From Microthyrium microscopicum (taxonomy: Eukaryota), in contig MU004240.1 in NCBI GenBank assembly GCA_010405405.1, positions 262,316 to 326,315 of the forward strand: 64,000 nt of DNA. Direction: 5' to 3'. A program made the translations under genes and the position numbers. This document shows, one piece after another, positions 23,351 to 37,900 of the stretch. Under the pieces are notes generated by a model. The model had not been told where the DNA came from. It did not search any database and worked only from the letters and a program-made list of their open reading frames with translations. Position 1 is the first letter of the stretch, and each line of letters opens with the position of its first letter.

Positions 23351-26314
23351 AAGTTGAAACTTGAAATTAACACGAAACAAACATTGGAAACGATTTGACA
23401 GCAGAGTATTGAAGCGCGCCTGCTCCAATGTCCATAACACCTTTCTTTGAATACCTCTCAAAATCTCCTATAACATTGTAGCTTCGACGACATGATATGC
23501 CTATCGATATGCCCACGGAAAAGTGAATGATGCTCTATTTCGAACCCGCCATGCTTGAACAACGGCAACGATAGCATTGGATACAAACTTCCAAAACGAA
23601 TAGGAGAGATTCACAACGAATATTTCCGAATGTACATCCCAGTACCAAAAGATTGAAGTTAGCTGACAACCTGACTGACAGCCATCCAGTCCAGGGTGTA
23701 ACGGACAAATCAGCTTTCAAGACTCAACAGGGTAAACAAGTACGAAACATTTATATTTACAGTGATGCAAATTCAGCTGGCCACTACCTATAATTGCCGC
23801 TCTTAAGAAAGGTTTTGATCACTCGGTAATTACTCTGGAAAGCTACAGTCCAATCGTTCCCTGTCTGCGGACATGGCTAGTTAAAAAAAAGCCATGAACA
23901 TCACAAGGCGGTGTAAATAGGCGCGTCTCTTCAGCCAAGGCAATCGCTTGGCGGTTGTGTTCTGCGAATATTCATTGTAGGCGCCTTGAAATTTCTGGCA
24001 TATTCGTCGCAGCCACTTTGGACTTTTAGGGGCCAAGCTTCGTAACAATGGGCCAGATCCGCCCATGTGGAAGGAGGCGGGCTGATCAACCTGGCAAGAA
24101 TAACAGAGTATGAAAACATGTTGTATGCTTAGATCAGTCGCACTTCAGTCAGTACCGAACTTCTTTCTCAAACTTTCTGCCACGTCTCGATTCCAAATCT
24201 TGAGCATATCATCCAGATTGCTTTCCTCAGTCGCAGTTTCTTGTCGATTGCTACTAGAGAACAACCCTCTATCACGTAATTTGCGTAGGCGACATCGGCT
24301 CCGACGTATCTGGTTTGGCCAGGTTGCAACTTTCCGAGAAATAGACCACTTCAAGCCAGTGTAATGGCAGAACCCTTCGCTGAGTCGGGGACGTCAAGAC
24401 GAAGCTATGCGGATAGAGCTGGACTGCCGACTATCCATTAGTCTCGTTGAAGATGCTATTGACAGTGTAGAGGTTTTTTCTGGCCAACTTCATTCTGATC
24501 TGTAGGTCATATGCGCCAGTGACAAACCTTACGAACCTCTCCTCGGACCTTCGGAGACACACACTCTTCCTCTAACCTAGGAACTTCACGATGCACCTTC
24601 CCCAACTATAGACAGCGAGCGATGCACCAAGCAGCAACTCCAGTAGGCAACAATTTAAGCGCGAACAATTCAGGCGTCTGGATAAAGGGATACCTGACAC
24701 GACCCTATCTCTGACACAATGTCAGAGACCTATCTATACTACCAACCGAGAAGATATACTTATCCGGCGTACGCCTGCGGAACACACACTTTGGCATGCT
24801 ACGAAACGCCATTTACACACAGGGCCTGTGGGAAGAAGAGCAGAAGAAGCGCAGCGCGAAGTGGAATATTCAAATGACCTCATTCTAGATCACTGGAGGC
24901 CACTGGCAAGGTCATCGAAAGGCGTGAGAAGAGTCTTAGATTTCTGGGAGACTTGTATTTGGCCAGCTAGCTCGTCGCATTTGCAGAACATGATTAGCAG
25001 AACAAGAGCCACAGAAGTTGTCAGGAGGCGAAGAACCACTCACCAACAACCTCCAGCAAAACCCTCAAAGAAAGACGAATTCTTCGTACCAGCACCATTT
25101 TCACACAACGAAATAAGCCCAGTCTGCTTCACATACCTACCAATCTCCCGCGATCAACTCACTCTTATACACCCCATTCTGTACTCAAGGATCAACCACA
25201 GTTCGCGCAGCACCCCTGTCCCAAGTTCGTGATACATCTACCCGAACGGATGCAACAACTACTACGATACTCGAGACATAGCATGAAGACGGGAGTCACC
25301 CGGGAGCACGAAGAAACAGCTGAATATGGCGGTAGGTACAGGCAGAAGCTGGGTGAAGAATTCACATGTTACAGTATGGAGACATATGCTTACGATGGTT
25401 GAAGGGGATGATAGAAGTTGAGCAGTGACTGGAAGCCTGAAACGTGCAGGAAAAAGGTATACACACACGAATGAATGACCAGCAAGAATCAGATGTGAAG
25501 GTTTGGATCTCGGATGCATGTAAGAGGCGTGAGAGGCATTTGAACCTACATGACATAACTGCAAATCGAGTTGACGCTTAGTAGAGTTCAATCAGTATGT
25601 CGTTATGTAGCCCAACAACAAGCTCCGAGTAGTAGCACGAGTCTTTCCGACAATACATCCAAAGTCTTGCTTCACACAATCATATCCTCGTCAGTCACCT
25701 TGTCAGTCAGCACTTCTGAAACCTTGACAAGCAAAGCATACCTCAAGCGTACTCCTATAAACAATCGACACAGTCACTAGAACGGATCCAAAAAGCTATC
25801 GAATGCAGTTAAGATTAGGTCTATTATTTGATCGTCCTTCTGACAACAGACTCGAGCAACAAACAGCATATAACAAACACCCCATGCATGTTTTCTGCAA
25901 TGTTGAAACGCCATGAAGAAGGAACCCTTTACGCGGTTATAATCCTCTTCGCCCGTGTAATTTTGCAACAAGAGAGAAAAAAACCCGACAGCAAAAGCAA
26001 TAGAGAACAAGTAGAAAAAGGAAGAAAAAGTTGTAACAAAATGTTTTGCTCGCGCGGAATTTTGGGGTATGTTCTGTCGTTTTGGTGATCCCCCCTACGA
26101 TCGGCTGGAAATATCATACAATTGGCAGCCCAAATCATCTTTGTTGACCCAGACTTCTCATCAATCTCCCATCCTTACTGAACCTCGAGATTCCACTTCC
26201 GCTAACCGGCACCAGTCATTATGCTAGCAGCAAGTGGGCGTTCATCCAGGCTCATGTCTATGCAAACAAAACAATAGCGAATACCAAGATCACGAGCAAA
26301 GCAGTATGGTTGCT

Positions 26315-27627
26315 TTACATCATGATCATAAGACCTGCTAAAATACCGGCCATGCTCATGAGCATTGTGTTGCTAGGGACACTGAGTAGTGCGGCGGCGC
26401 CCTTTGTCGTGGTGCCATTACCACCGGACGGGGTTGAAGCGGCATTACCGGGATTGCTGACCTTGTTGTAGCACTTGAAAGTACCCTTGATGACGCTGTT
26501 GGGGCCCTTCTCGTTGTTGAATGGGGTGCAGTCGACAGATCCAGAAGACTGCAGATTGAAACCACCACGGCAATCCTTGAGAGCAGGAAGGCCAACACTG
26601 TAAGGGATGTTAGAGATGGACAGGGGTAGACGATTTTGCCAAGACTTACGTGTTAAAGCCTCCGTAGAAATCCAAAGCACCACCAATTGTCTGAACAGCA
26701 GGGAAAGTGGCATTATCGAGCTTAGTGTTGTTTTGAACTTGGAAGCCACCGCCGATGGTCTTAAGGATGGGCAAATCGATCTCGGTAAGAGATGGGTTCG
26801 CGTTGATAGCAAGCGTCTGGCCTACGGAGGTAAGGTTGGCACAGTCGAGAGTAGCAAAGCTGTTTTCGTAGAATCCAAGGTTGCCTGTCACGTTCTTGAG
26901 AGAAGGGATGGACAAAGACTTGCAAGAACGGAAGGTGATGTTTGATGCAGTCTCTAGGTTGGGGAAGCTGGCATCGAACTGATCACCATTTGCGAGCAAG
27001 ATGATGGATTGAGGAACACTGGTAACTTGGAACATGAGAGTTTGGAGCATTCGGTTGTTGGCAATGGTGACGGAGTTGACGGTCTGCAAGTTGATCCCAT
27101 TAAGAGAACTCAAGAACGTGTTTTGGATGTTGAGGGTCTTGCACTGCTTGACAATTCCGTCGAATCCAAGGGATGCCAAATTTGGGAGACCAGCAAATGT
27201 CAAGTCGCCAACAGAGGTCAACTTGGGCATGGATAGGGATGAGAGCGTCTGCAAGTTGTTGAGCGTAAACTTGCCGGTAATGGTCTGCAAGCTTGGGGCG
27301 GCGAGAGATGACATGTTAGTGGCTCCGTCGACAACAAAATCTCCATCGATTTCTGTAACACCGTTGAGTGTAATGATGCCGCTTGTTTGGGAAGCAATCT
27401 GGACATTGCCGGTATATGTGGTGCAGCCCTGGAGCGAAGAGGTATCGCCTTGGTTTTGGATCTGGAGGGTGCTTGACGAGGAACAACCTGAATCGGCAGC
27501 TGAAAGAGACACGAAGTTAGCATCTTCATTGACACGAGCAAAAGCGATTAGAGCTGATTGAGGGCATACCGTGAGCAACGCTGGCGATGGCGAGGACCGC
27601 TCCGAAGAACTTGCTGGAGAACATCAT
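26315..27627 (-). CDS. ECM33: GPI-anchored cell wall protein, Ecm33/Sps2 family
   Basis: Signal peptide exon 27627-27570, receptor-L-domain-like repeats (LSSLSMPKLTSVG, FPAVQTIGGA), LPALKDCRGGFNLQSS, hydrophobic GPI tail; introns 27500-27569 and 26598-26649. Confidence 0.92.
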
Positions 27628-30600
27628 AGCGAGCAGATCTAGTTGAGAAATGTCAGCAAGGAGTGCAATTGGTTTTAAGATCGATGACAGATGGTAGCAT
27701 ACCAGGAGAAGAGCTTGCAAATTGATGATTAGAAGAATGGATGGCGGCAATGGGTTGTTGTTGGGGTGAGTGCAAGATGCAGACGGGAGGACGGAGAGTG
27801 AGTGAAGCGGGAGAGATGGCACGGCTAAAGGGCTTGGCTTATTTCGGAAGGCTGGAAGCCAAAGTCAAAACGCGTGCCTGCGAATCTGGCAGTTGCAGTG
27901 GGTGCACGGCTGATTCCCAAAGAATGAACAATGGGAGAAGCGAGGGTGCAATGGCCGTCACAAGGAGAGACGGATTTTGATTGAGCAAAATCAAGATATA
28001 CTGGCAACGAAGGCAGTACAGGGCTTGAAGAGGACAGTAGAGCAATATTTAGAGTCGAAACGAAGGCGAGAGAAATTGTAGAATTAGCGAAAGACGAAGA
28101 AAAGCAGGTGGAAGAGATGGGAATGTTTGGTGGTGAGTTCACAAGTTGAAGAGTTGGAGGAAAAAGGTCAAAGATTGGACGGGAGGCAAGCTTGTTGCGC
28201 CGAATGTGGATGTTTCTCCTGTCTGCCTGCAAATGGTTGGCCCGTCTTGGGCTGTTGCATCTGTGGCGGGTCGTGGCTTGCCCTTACTGTCCAGTGCACT
28301 TGCCTCGTTTGGGGATAGCTCCTGCCCACTTGTGCATGCAATGACATGGATGGCGATTGCACTACTGACGCGCCGCTGGTCCTTTCTTCTTTAAGACTTC
28401 CAACAGAACGCCCAGCGTTCGTGTCTTTTGCCGCGCTTGCACCTCTCGTTAAATGTCAAGCGAGGCATATCAGACCTATTTTTGTACTGCCTATATTTAT
28501 CGTATAACTACACTTCGTACATGTACAACTGCTTTCTCCATTGTATACCATCAGGCACTGGCCTGGGAGTACAGTCTCGGCGCCATACTACTCCGTCATA
28601 AGAAGATCTCCAAACATCCCAGCCGAGCCTGTTTTGGGTCGCATGGTTTATATTACTACCCCTTATATTGCTCAATGTGACAATTGCCCTCTATTGTTAC
28701 GTCCATTCGTTCTTTAAAGTTTTCAGTTGACATTTATCTACCTACAAATACTACCTTGAGGGCCATCCTCAACTCGGAATCGGCACTCGGGCAGCTAACT
28801 ACAGCCTACATGTAAACACATCATTCGTCAAATGTCATGATATTCTGTCTTTCAACCTAGGTATTCTTGAAAAGCACTGAGGTTGCTCTATCGGCTGCAA
28901 CCAGAGCAATCCGTCGTCAGGCTCATCCCTCCCGACATGCTTATATCCGATAAAGCTTGTAACAGTCACAGTCATTCTCAAATTACATGCCGTCCTCAGT
29001 ACCAATTACGCAAAAACCGGGATTAGCACATATACCAATTGCAATCCTCCCGCCTGCCATATGCAAGATCTGGAAGGACCCGGATGACCACAATCAAGCA
29101 GCCCGCACTATCAGAACCGAAGAAACCCAAACTCTATTCAACCTCTACCCACCAATAAAGGAGCCATCTATCTTGATAATCGTGTATAACTACGTGGACT
29201 AGCCCTGGTCGCAACTGATCTGTATCCATGCAATAGTTCAACGCACAAGCTTCCCTGCGGTCAAATCCCCAAAAGGTATTTCATCATCGAACAGACCTTG
29301 TTTTCAAGTCACTCAACCAACGGTTAAAGGTGATATAAAGAATCATAGTTTATAGTTGCTATATACCGCTCGGCCGAAAAAGAAAAATGAACGTTTTGCT
29401 ATCAGTCATCTACTATTGCACTAAGAGAATTATTCCGAATTATCTCTACATTTACCGTGAATCAGTAGTTAGCCACTATTGGAAATTCCAATGGACTTGT
29501 GCATATGCAACGCATCCGTATATCCAATAGGAAAATAGGCAAATGGGCCAGAAACCTGCAAGGTTGGCGATTTGATTGCATAAGGAACGCGCGCGGGAAG
29601 ACTATTCGCTGCAACGCTAAATCCCGATTTGCAATTGTACCCTGCTGTCAACTTTGACAGCAACCCTGGACCGCCAGCAAAAATCATTTGGAAAGCTGTT
29701 CAAAATTGACATTGTTCTTTCGTTGGAGTGGTGACGGCGTGAAACGCATCTCCTGTTTCGCAACCTTCCAACCAGGTGACAGAAATATTACACCAAGGCA
29801 AGTTGAAGGGGGCACATGGCGGCGTTGAAACATGGCCAGGAATGGCGCGAGCGTTTTTCTGTGCGTGTGGCTGCTCTCTGTGGAGGCCGCGCCTGGTCAT
29901 GGAAGGAAGCAGCGTGCACGCCAGTGCCAAAGCTTGACGTTGCAGTGGCATTTATCATTTGAAATTTGGCGATCCGAATATTCTTGGTTCATCACGGGTT
30001 CTTCTCAGTTGAAGTTCTCACATTCTTATCAAGTTTCTGCTTTGTGTGATTGATTGGAAGCAACTGCTCTAGGGGCTCATACAACTTTCCACTTCTCAAG
30101 ACTCATAGCCACCTTTTCAACTTTGAAATGGAGGATTTTGCTGTTCGACGCGTGGCATGCTGCCAAGTGATAAATCGACAGCTTGGCAAAAAGCCGATTG
30201 CATAGGTGGATCATTTTGTTTCAAGGGATATTGTGCTAGTCTGATGCACGATGGATGCAAGATGTGGATACATACAAAAGGTCTATTTCGCCCCTGTCTT
30301 CCAATGTTTCGACGTTTTATCAATCTGAATTTCTCATCCTTGAAATTTGAAAAACCTAAGATCATGTTGAATATTGTTTCCAATGGATATATAAGGTATC
30401 ATTATGCTCCTGAGCCCGCCGAATTGCCAAAGATAGGTATCGAACTTGTGCCTGAAAACTGCACTATTACATGGATTGAGTGAGAAGGTGAGAGATTCAG
30501 TATCTATTGATCACATGTCGAAATGCGATTTTCTCTAATGGTTTCTTTAGGCTCAAACTACAAGGCCTGTCATACCGTGTCTCTTTAATGTCATAACTGC

Positions 30601-33332
30601 TGGCGCTCCGTCAAGCAAGAGCGGGAATTTAAGGCTCCAGATTGGACACATATAATGCTCATGACCGCTCACTGGGAATCCGCAGCAGGACTCTTGCATA
30701 GAAACGGTAGGCAGCAAGACAAGAACAGAGGTTATTATCATGTTGGAAACGGGTTTGTCTGCGTTTAATCGGGCTCCATTGACTGTCCTGACTTAGCCCT
30801 CTTTTCGACCATGAACTCAGTGCATATATTCATGATTGTTGGTGAAGATCAACCGCAAGCTGTCAGTGGCTATGGCTAGGACTGACTGGGTCACATTCAA
30901 GGCAATGTTTTTTCGTGGCTGATATCGCGGCATCCTCAAAAAAGTCAGGGCCGAAAGTGAAGGGACGGACTGAAATATTGCTCCTGACTTTTGGTACAAC
31001 GAAAAACTGCTCGCGTAGACTGTTGAACATGCATTCGAACAGTGACCGGTAAGTCACAGCAACCAAATCACAGCTCTACATTTGCATAGTCGACTTGGTG
31101 GAGCTATATGCTCAACACCTTTCCTATACTGCGTCTACTCTATAATATCCCAAACTACCTAGTTATAGGTCTTTCTAAATCTTTGGGTCCAATCATTCAT
31201 TTGGGAGCTCAATTGAGGATACAGCATTCAATCCAAAGTTTCATAGCAGAAACTTTCCATGAGGTAAGAACCTTGGAATTTGCAAAAGAGGTTGAAACAG
31301 AATAGAATATGTCAGGCACATGGATTCAATGAACTGGGAGAAGTGGTACGCAGTAACAATGTCAACGATCAACTCTGTGGTAGAACCATATGCACAAGAA
31401 GCGGCGAACCGATATTGTCCCACACGCGTATCGCGGCAATACTTGAGTCGAAGACACAACAGCCGATAACCTCGCCTCAATCAGTTCTCAGGTTATTAAA
31501 ATTGCCGTTGTTGTCCTACACCGAAAGGCATACCCTTGAACCAGTTATTGAGAGATTTATTCGCTGTTATCACCCTTGCATTCAAGGCATTTTGAGATGG
31601 ATCCTATCGGGCCAACTCAAGTCATGACCCTCATGAGCTGTCGCGATTGACAACAGCTGAAAGCTGGAACTGGATCGGAACACGGTCTACGAATAGGCTA
31701 CAGAGCCGATTAGCTTCATGCACAATTTGACTGGTGGTTACCACCTATTTAGTCCATCGCTATATGCTGTGTAACATGCTTTGCATAACGGCTTCCTCGT
31801 ATGGTGGCCTCCCTTGATGGCATTGCCTGGAAGTTTAACATACGCAGAACGATGAAATCGCAAATGGTGTCAGCAAAACTTGACAAAGAGTTTCGTTCAG
31901 GTTGAAAGATCGAGCGTCCTGGGTTTTTGTTTGGAGTTTCCTCTAATATCTAATACTCTTTGGTAGACAATACCATAAGATGTATACTCCCAAATTCTCT
32001 CTTTTCCCCTTTCCCTCTTTTCCCAATTCCCCAGGTTTGTGTTTCTCCTGTCATCCATGGGAGCTTACATTGATCACGCAGTTATCCGTTTGAGTCAACT
32101 TCATCGACAGAGCACATATAACATCTATCCTTGAACTATCAAGCGCAGACAAATGACCAGTCCACTTGTCTTTCGTATCTACAAAGCCATACTTACCTAT
32201 CACATTATATATCTGCAAGCGACCCTTTTGCATAGTTTCTTGGTAAACGCGCTATGGCTAAGAAAGGTATGGCTGGGCTGGAGGGTAGTACAGATTTTCA
32301 ACAGCCCAGCATCGCGAGAACAGCCAACTGGCTGCGTCTTGAACTCGCGATAACATGCACTAGCGCGTAGCAAGCCAATGACTTTTGAGAACTATCACGG
32401 GAAGATGCAGATTGTGGCAGTTGCGTGATGCACGAAATCTGTTAGTGTCCCCATTCAGCAGCCTTACTCCCCGCTCAACATCAGTGCCAACACTTGGAAG
32501 GAGCTGAGCATAAACGAAGTGAACCTGTAAGATATGAGATGAGCAATCCTTTTACTTGACGGACTACATGACAAACGCACGTTCTACGTATGATTCCGAG
32601 CGCGACATGTGGTGAACCCAGACATTTTCGTAGAAGAGAAAACGAGTCTCAGCTCGATGACTTTTGTATCAAAGAGCTACAAGCAATTTCGTAGACTCAA
32701 GACACAACTGTGATGGTAGGATAGCATATTGAATAGCTAGGAGGCTATGAATGATAAAAAGCTCAACGACCACATAGAATGCTGCAGTGACTTCAACTTT
32801 GAGCACTCGTATTCGGAGATATACATGCCACTTGACCTCGATTGAGTATCTGGTCTACAAACGGGCCGCTTCCAGAGCGCCACTAGCTCTATTCGAGAAC
32901 GTATCTTGCAGCAAAAGGCACGCTCTGCCTTGCCAGTCTGCCACTGTTTGATCCGACTCTGCAAGGGAGACCGATCTCTGATATTTGTCCACCTCGAAAC
33001 CTGCACGTTTTTGTTTCTAGATGCTTCCTGGTGGTTGTACATATGCTTTTGTGCTGAGGGTTCTGCCTCTTTGAATTGATTTTGAGGCGCATTTACCGCA
33101 CGCTTTTTGCTATCTGTGCTACAAACAACCGTCTTGCCATTCTGAACTGCCTGCATGGCTAGGAGAGCGTTTCAGTCAAACGGTGGTGGACGTGTTAAAA
33201 GGCTAGACTTCTGGCCGCAACTCTTATTCTTTCTCCAATGTTCAGCTTAAAGCTTCTCTTTCGACCTATACAGACCAATAACAAAACTCTATTCCACCAC
33301 ACTGACACATAAAGCTCTTTGACAAAGGTATC

Positions 33333-34213
33333 ATGCAATTGCAAGATCCATATCGCTCCTCCGCACAACCCTTTCGTCCTCGAAAAAGTCTACTTCCATC
33401 CACCAAGACAGATCGATTACCTCCTTTTGCAGATCTAGCCCGAAGTGTTGACGGAAACGACGCTCAACAAAATGCTACACCCCAGAGACAGAGAGCATCT
33501 GCGCGACCAGAGTGGTCATATGGACCGCAAATATCCCAAAGGCCACCACTAGAAGTGCCGAATCACCAGTAAGTCATGCCCCCCGAGATTTAAGGACCAG
33601 AGAGTAACGTCCCAAAAGCCGGAGCATTGGAATGCCTATGCCCACGTCGTCACCTATGGGGCACTTAGTCCTGTCTCGCAGACAACCTGACCATGGCTGC
33701 TATACACCACCCGAACTTGCCAGCAATCCATCCAGCTCGTCCAGTACACCTACTCCACCATCACCGATCTATCTTTCCAGCGGGGAGAAGCAGACAACGG
33801 TCAAGGGACATCGCAAACGAAAAAGCGACGCTTCACACTACGCCCAACCCGGAGATTCAACAGAAGTAAAACAAGCTGTAGAAGAAAAAGACCCGAAGAA
33901 GATTGAAGCAAAACGACTAGCAGAGAAAAAGCGCCGCAAGAATAATACAGAGCTAATTGCTGAGATGCAAAACGAACTCATGGCAGAAGGTTTCAACCCC
34001 GACACATCAGTGCTCAGCCAGCCTAATCAAAAGTCTACCAATGGGAAATTGAAAATGGAGAAGACTACAATCATGCGAGAGATTGTGAAGCGATATCCTT
34101 TTTGGAGGGACAAGGCAACGAGGTTGGAGCAGCGCTGTATAGAGCTGGAGGACATACTGGCCCAACGTGCTAGTGAAGTGCGACCCAAAGACGAAGAAGA
34201 AGGGACGCTGTGA
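33333..34213 (+). CDS. bHLH-like transcription factor
   Basis: Exons 33333-33568 and 33619-34213 splice in frame. Basic region AKRLAEKKRR, helix 2 KMEKTTIMREIV, then a coiled coil. Confidence 0.7.
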
Positions 34214-34968
34214 ACAGTGTTGAATATGAGGGAGCATCATTTATAACTATACGCATCATGGTGGCAAGTTATATTTGGTGCATAAAAACGCATTTGGTAA
34301 CGACAGAGATGACAGCGAACGATTTATATATAACTCAAAATACTCTATGACAGAATCTATATATGGCAATCATGGTACAATGCTATCACTAAACGAATCG
34401 CCGTTTGAAGGAATGAGCAGATGATTTTGTTGAACAGAAAGTAGTTGTTTGAGAGCACAAGGTTTGCACAACGTAGAAGCGTGAACATGCTATTTTAGAC
34501 GAGAGAGTACTGATTGTACTACCGTATCTTAGCTATCCATATGTCAAAAACAGGGAAATATCTAGTGCTGAAAACGAAGAGAATAAAGGGGTATAGTGCG
34601 AAGACGAGGTAAGGAAAATCTAACATATCTAGGATCGAGTATCGTGGGAAGTAATCGCAAGCCGAAAGGGGTATCAACAGATATTACATGATCTGGCATT
34701 GGAGAGACCGAAAAGGGAGAAAGGGTATACAAAGAGAAAGTACCAAATACAACATGTGTCAAAACAGTACTCTAGAGAGCATCGCTCAACAAGAATAAAA
34801 TGATAGTGGAAGTGACAGTGCTTATGGGTAGGAATCCACAAGGTTCAACATCATCGTCTTCAGAGTTTCAAGACTTTGGCATCATAGTCGGCAGGGGTTC
34901 TTCCTGACTCTTAGGTCCAAGAAGTTGTTGTCATGATCGGGACGCCAAAAGAAAATACTGATCCGGTG

Positions 34969-37900
34969 CTAATGCTCGGGAACAGTATAGAAATCGGTGC
35001 AACCATCATCGGACTCATTTGAATCGTCATTATTGTTATCCTCAAACATTGTGGCGGGAGCGACTTGATCAGTCGATACTAGCTTGATCCTCGGCTTCAT
35101 GATATTGCGCATGCTTTCTACCATTAAGCGGGAGCCAAGGATGTACCGTGCTTTGATATCGCATAGTACATCTCCTGCCAGATGCCACACAAAGAGGTGA
35201 TCCTTGTGAAAGACTTCAGACAAAGCTGAAGCTTTGAGAAGAGTCCATGTTGAGTAGCTGTGGCCAATTCCGTCTGTTTTCCATCCCGCAATGGTCTCAT
35301 GAGTTCTATTGACTGGTTGGAGATCATGAAACCGAGCGCAGAATTGCTCAGCTTGCCTCGTGAAAGTCTTGCCGCTCCTCTCTGCAAAGCTGCCAGACTT
35401 GTTTTCGGCGGCTTTCCTTTCTTTGGTTGCAAGCTTCCATGCGTCAAAGATAAGAAACAAGTTCTGCTTGAGGTGCTTCATCTCCTCTTTGATTTCGGCA
35501 TGATCCGATCTCAATTGTTTATGATAAATGCCAGCGAGATGTTCATCGGGTGTATTGTGAGCTGCGCACTCGTCGTTTATGAGTCGAATGGTTTCCTCGA
35601 TGTGTGGGTCGACGACCAAAAAGAAAAGCCGGTCAAGAACATGTGTTGGATTTGCCATGCGTGGGTAATGTTTTTGAGGACTTGGATTGGATTTGGCATT
35701 AGATTCCCACTGTTCCTCGAATTTCCACTTCAGTTTCTTGGCCTCTGAGCGCTCCCATGCTTCATAGTACTTCTTGTACTCTGGATCAGGGAGGCTGTGA
35801 TTTGCTACAATTCTCTTGCTTGTCTTCCACTTTTCGAAAGCAGACTTGGAGTATTTGAATCCGCTTTTGGCTGAATCAATCAGGTGATCATGGAGGTCTG
35901 CCAGCAGCTCTACACCTGGATCTCTTAAACTTGTGCGATATGCTAGCCGCTCATGGTAATTGGTGACTAGCCCAAGAATGTCCTCATTCAAACGAAAATC
36001 GAAGGCATCCCGAAGGAGAGGATCAACTCCAGCGGAACCGGGGTCCCTGAGATCAATCATTATATCAGAGACTTTGCGTCGATCAACGACGATACCAAAT
36101 GATTCAGGCTCTGGTAAGGATACAGGAGCTGGTGAGTTTAGGAAATTCTCCACGAGTGAGGGTTCCCAGCATATCTAATAAGAGTGAGCTTACTTAGGAT
36201 TGAGAGCAATGCTGACTGGGAAACTTACCCAGAATGTGTCACCATCATAATCACCTCCCTGTAGTTTCGAGGCTAAAGGCACTGAACCATTGGAAGAAAA
36301 TACAACGGTGTTATGCGGGAAGTCAAGATCCATTCTTGGTACTGCTCTCACCTTCTGGATATCTGACGGTCGAAGGGCAGGATGCCTGGCAACAAGCACG
36401 TCTCTACCCATGAGTGATAGGATGCGCTCGTTGTCAGCGTCCTCAAACCCATGGGAAAACGACAAGTAAATCTCGCCTGGTTTTAGCACCCGATAAGGGT
36501 CTGCAATACCCATGACCATCGTTGATCGAGCCAACGGGATACTGAGGCTCTTCATAATTTTGTTGAAGTGCCACCAGATGGGCTGATACAACTCTTGTGC
36601 TAGGAAGCGCAGCTTCTTGGGGTCGAAGCCTGCTTCGAGAAGCATGTTCGCTTTTGCAACTGGACCTGAAGGTAGACTGCCGTCGCGACTGTCGGAATTG
36701 TTCGAGGGCAAATGCTGCTGTAGCCAGCACCGTAGAACGCAAGGGTCCTGAAATGCCTGGATGATCCCATCACGCTCTTCGTCTAGTACGTTGATTATCA
36801 GGGCCTGTATGTTGTCATAGGGTACGCCCCGATCTATCAGGATGGGAATGAAATCTCGATGAAGATTAGACGTCGTCGGCTTGTTAGACGACTGGACTAC
36901 ATCGAAGGTCCAGCGAACTGGATCGAAGAAGTCTGCGGTCGCATCTTCCTCATGATGGAAGAACTTCTTCTGACTGTCAGTGATCTGTATCCAATGACTC
37001 TGATCTTCACCACGAGCAGTCGCTGGTGAGGCGCTGCGAATCCAGACACCTTTGGCACCATTGATCCTAGCCTGGAAAACGCTGGGCATCATTCCGGAAT
37101 GATTTTTCCAGATTTCTTGACAAGCACCAAGAGATATGAGAGAGCAGCCATCGTTCATGACTTCCTCCTTGAACCCTTTCTGTGACCAAGAAAACTTTGG
37201 GTCGTTATAGTCAAATGGCTCGGGGTCATGATTGGACTTCATATCGCCAACAAACTGTACCTCGTTGAAGGCGAATTGACAAGCGACTGATGTTCTCGAG
37301 AAGCCTGGGTCATGTTAGTACAATGGTCATGTGTTTAGCGAAGATGAAACTTACCAAGATCTAGCCGCGAATACAGCTTACAGTATGGTAATGCTAGATT
37401 CTGCGGATTGTGCAACGAGACGAACCAGTTGATGCATTCTCCAAGAGTGATACTTTGGAGGCCTAGTCCCTCAGTCGCAAATAAGATCACCCGGAAGGAG
37501 TATTCATCCTTTTTCTTACCGCCCTTGAGCTTGCCGTTTTTTACCCGCTCCAGATGGATAGCTCTCCATTTTCTACCAAGCCACAATTGTTCAATCAATA
37601 GCCACTCAAGATAACGTCGCCGGAATTGCTCTTTGATAGCAGGCTCTCCTTTGAGTTCTGGTATCCTTTTGAGGTCCGGAAAGTAGACGTAGAGAAATCG
37701 ATCGCCACCGAACTTCCTTTGAAGCCTCGAGTGCTTTTCAATAGTCAATGGATCTGGCGTTAAAGAAAAAAGAGTCGCACCGGCAACATTGGGATGGACT
37801 CTTGCGCTCAATGATAATCCCATCTCTTGTTGAGCAGGAGGGTTACTAGCAGAGGCACTAGCCACATCCCAAGCTTTCTTGGAAGACCTTGGACAGGGAA

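Noticed and set aside
32189..32198. ATACTTACCT resembling the U1 snRNA 5' end
   Set aside because: No U1 stem-loop I/II consensus or Sm site follows; equally a minus-strand splice-donor-like sequence.
28400..33300. Short ORFs in the ECM33-bHLH interval as a pseudogene
   Set aside because: All frames are interrupted and no domain is recognisable; cannot be supported without a TBLASTN/BLASTX search.
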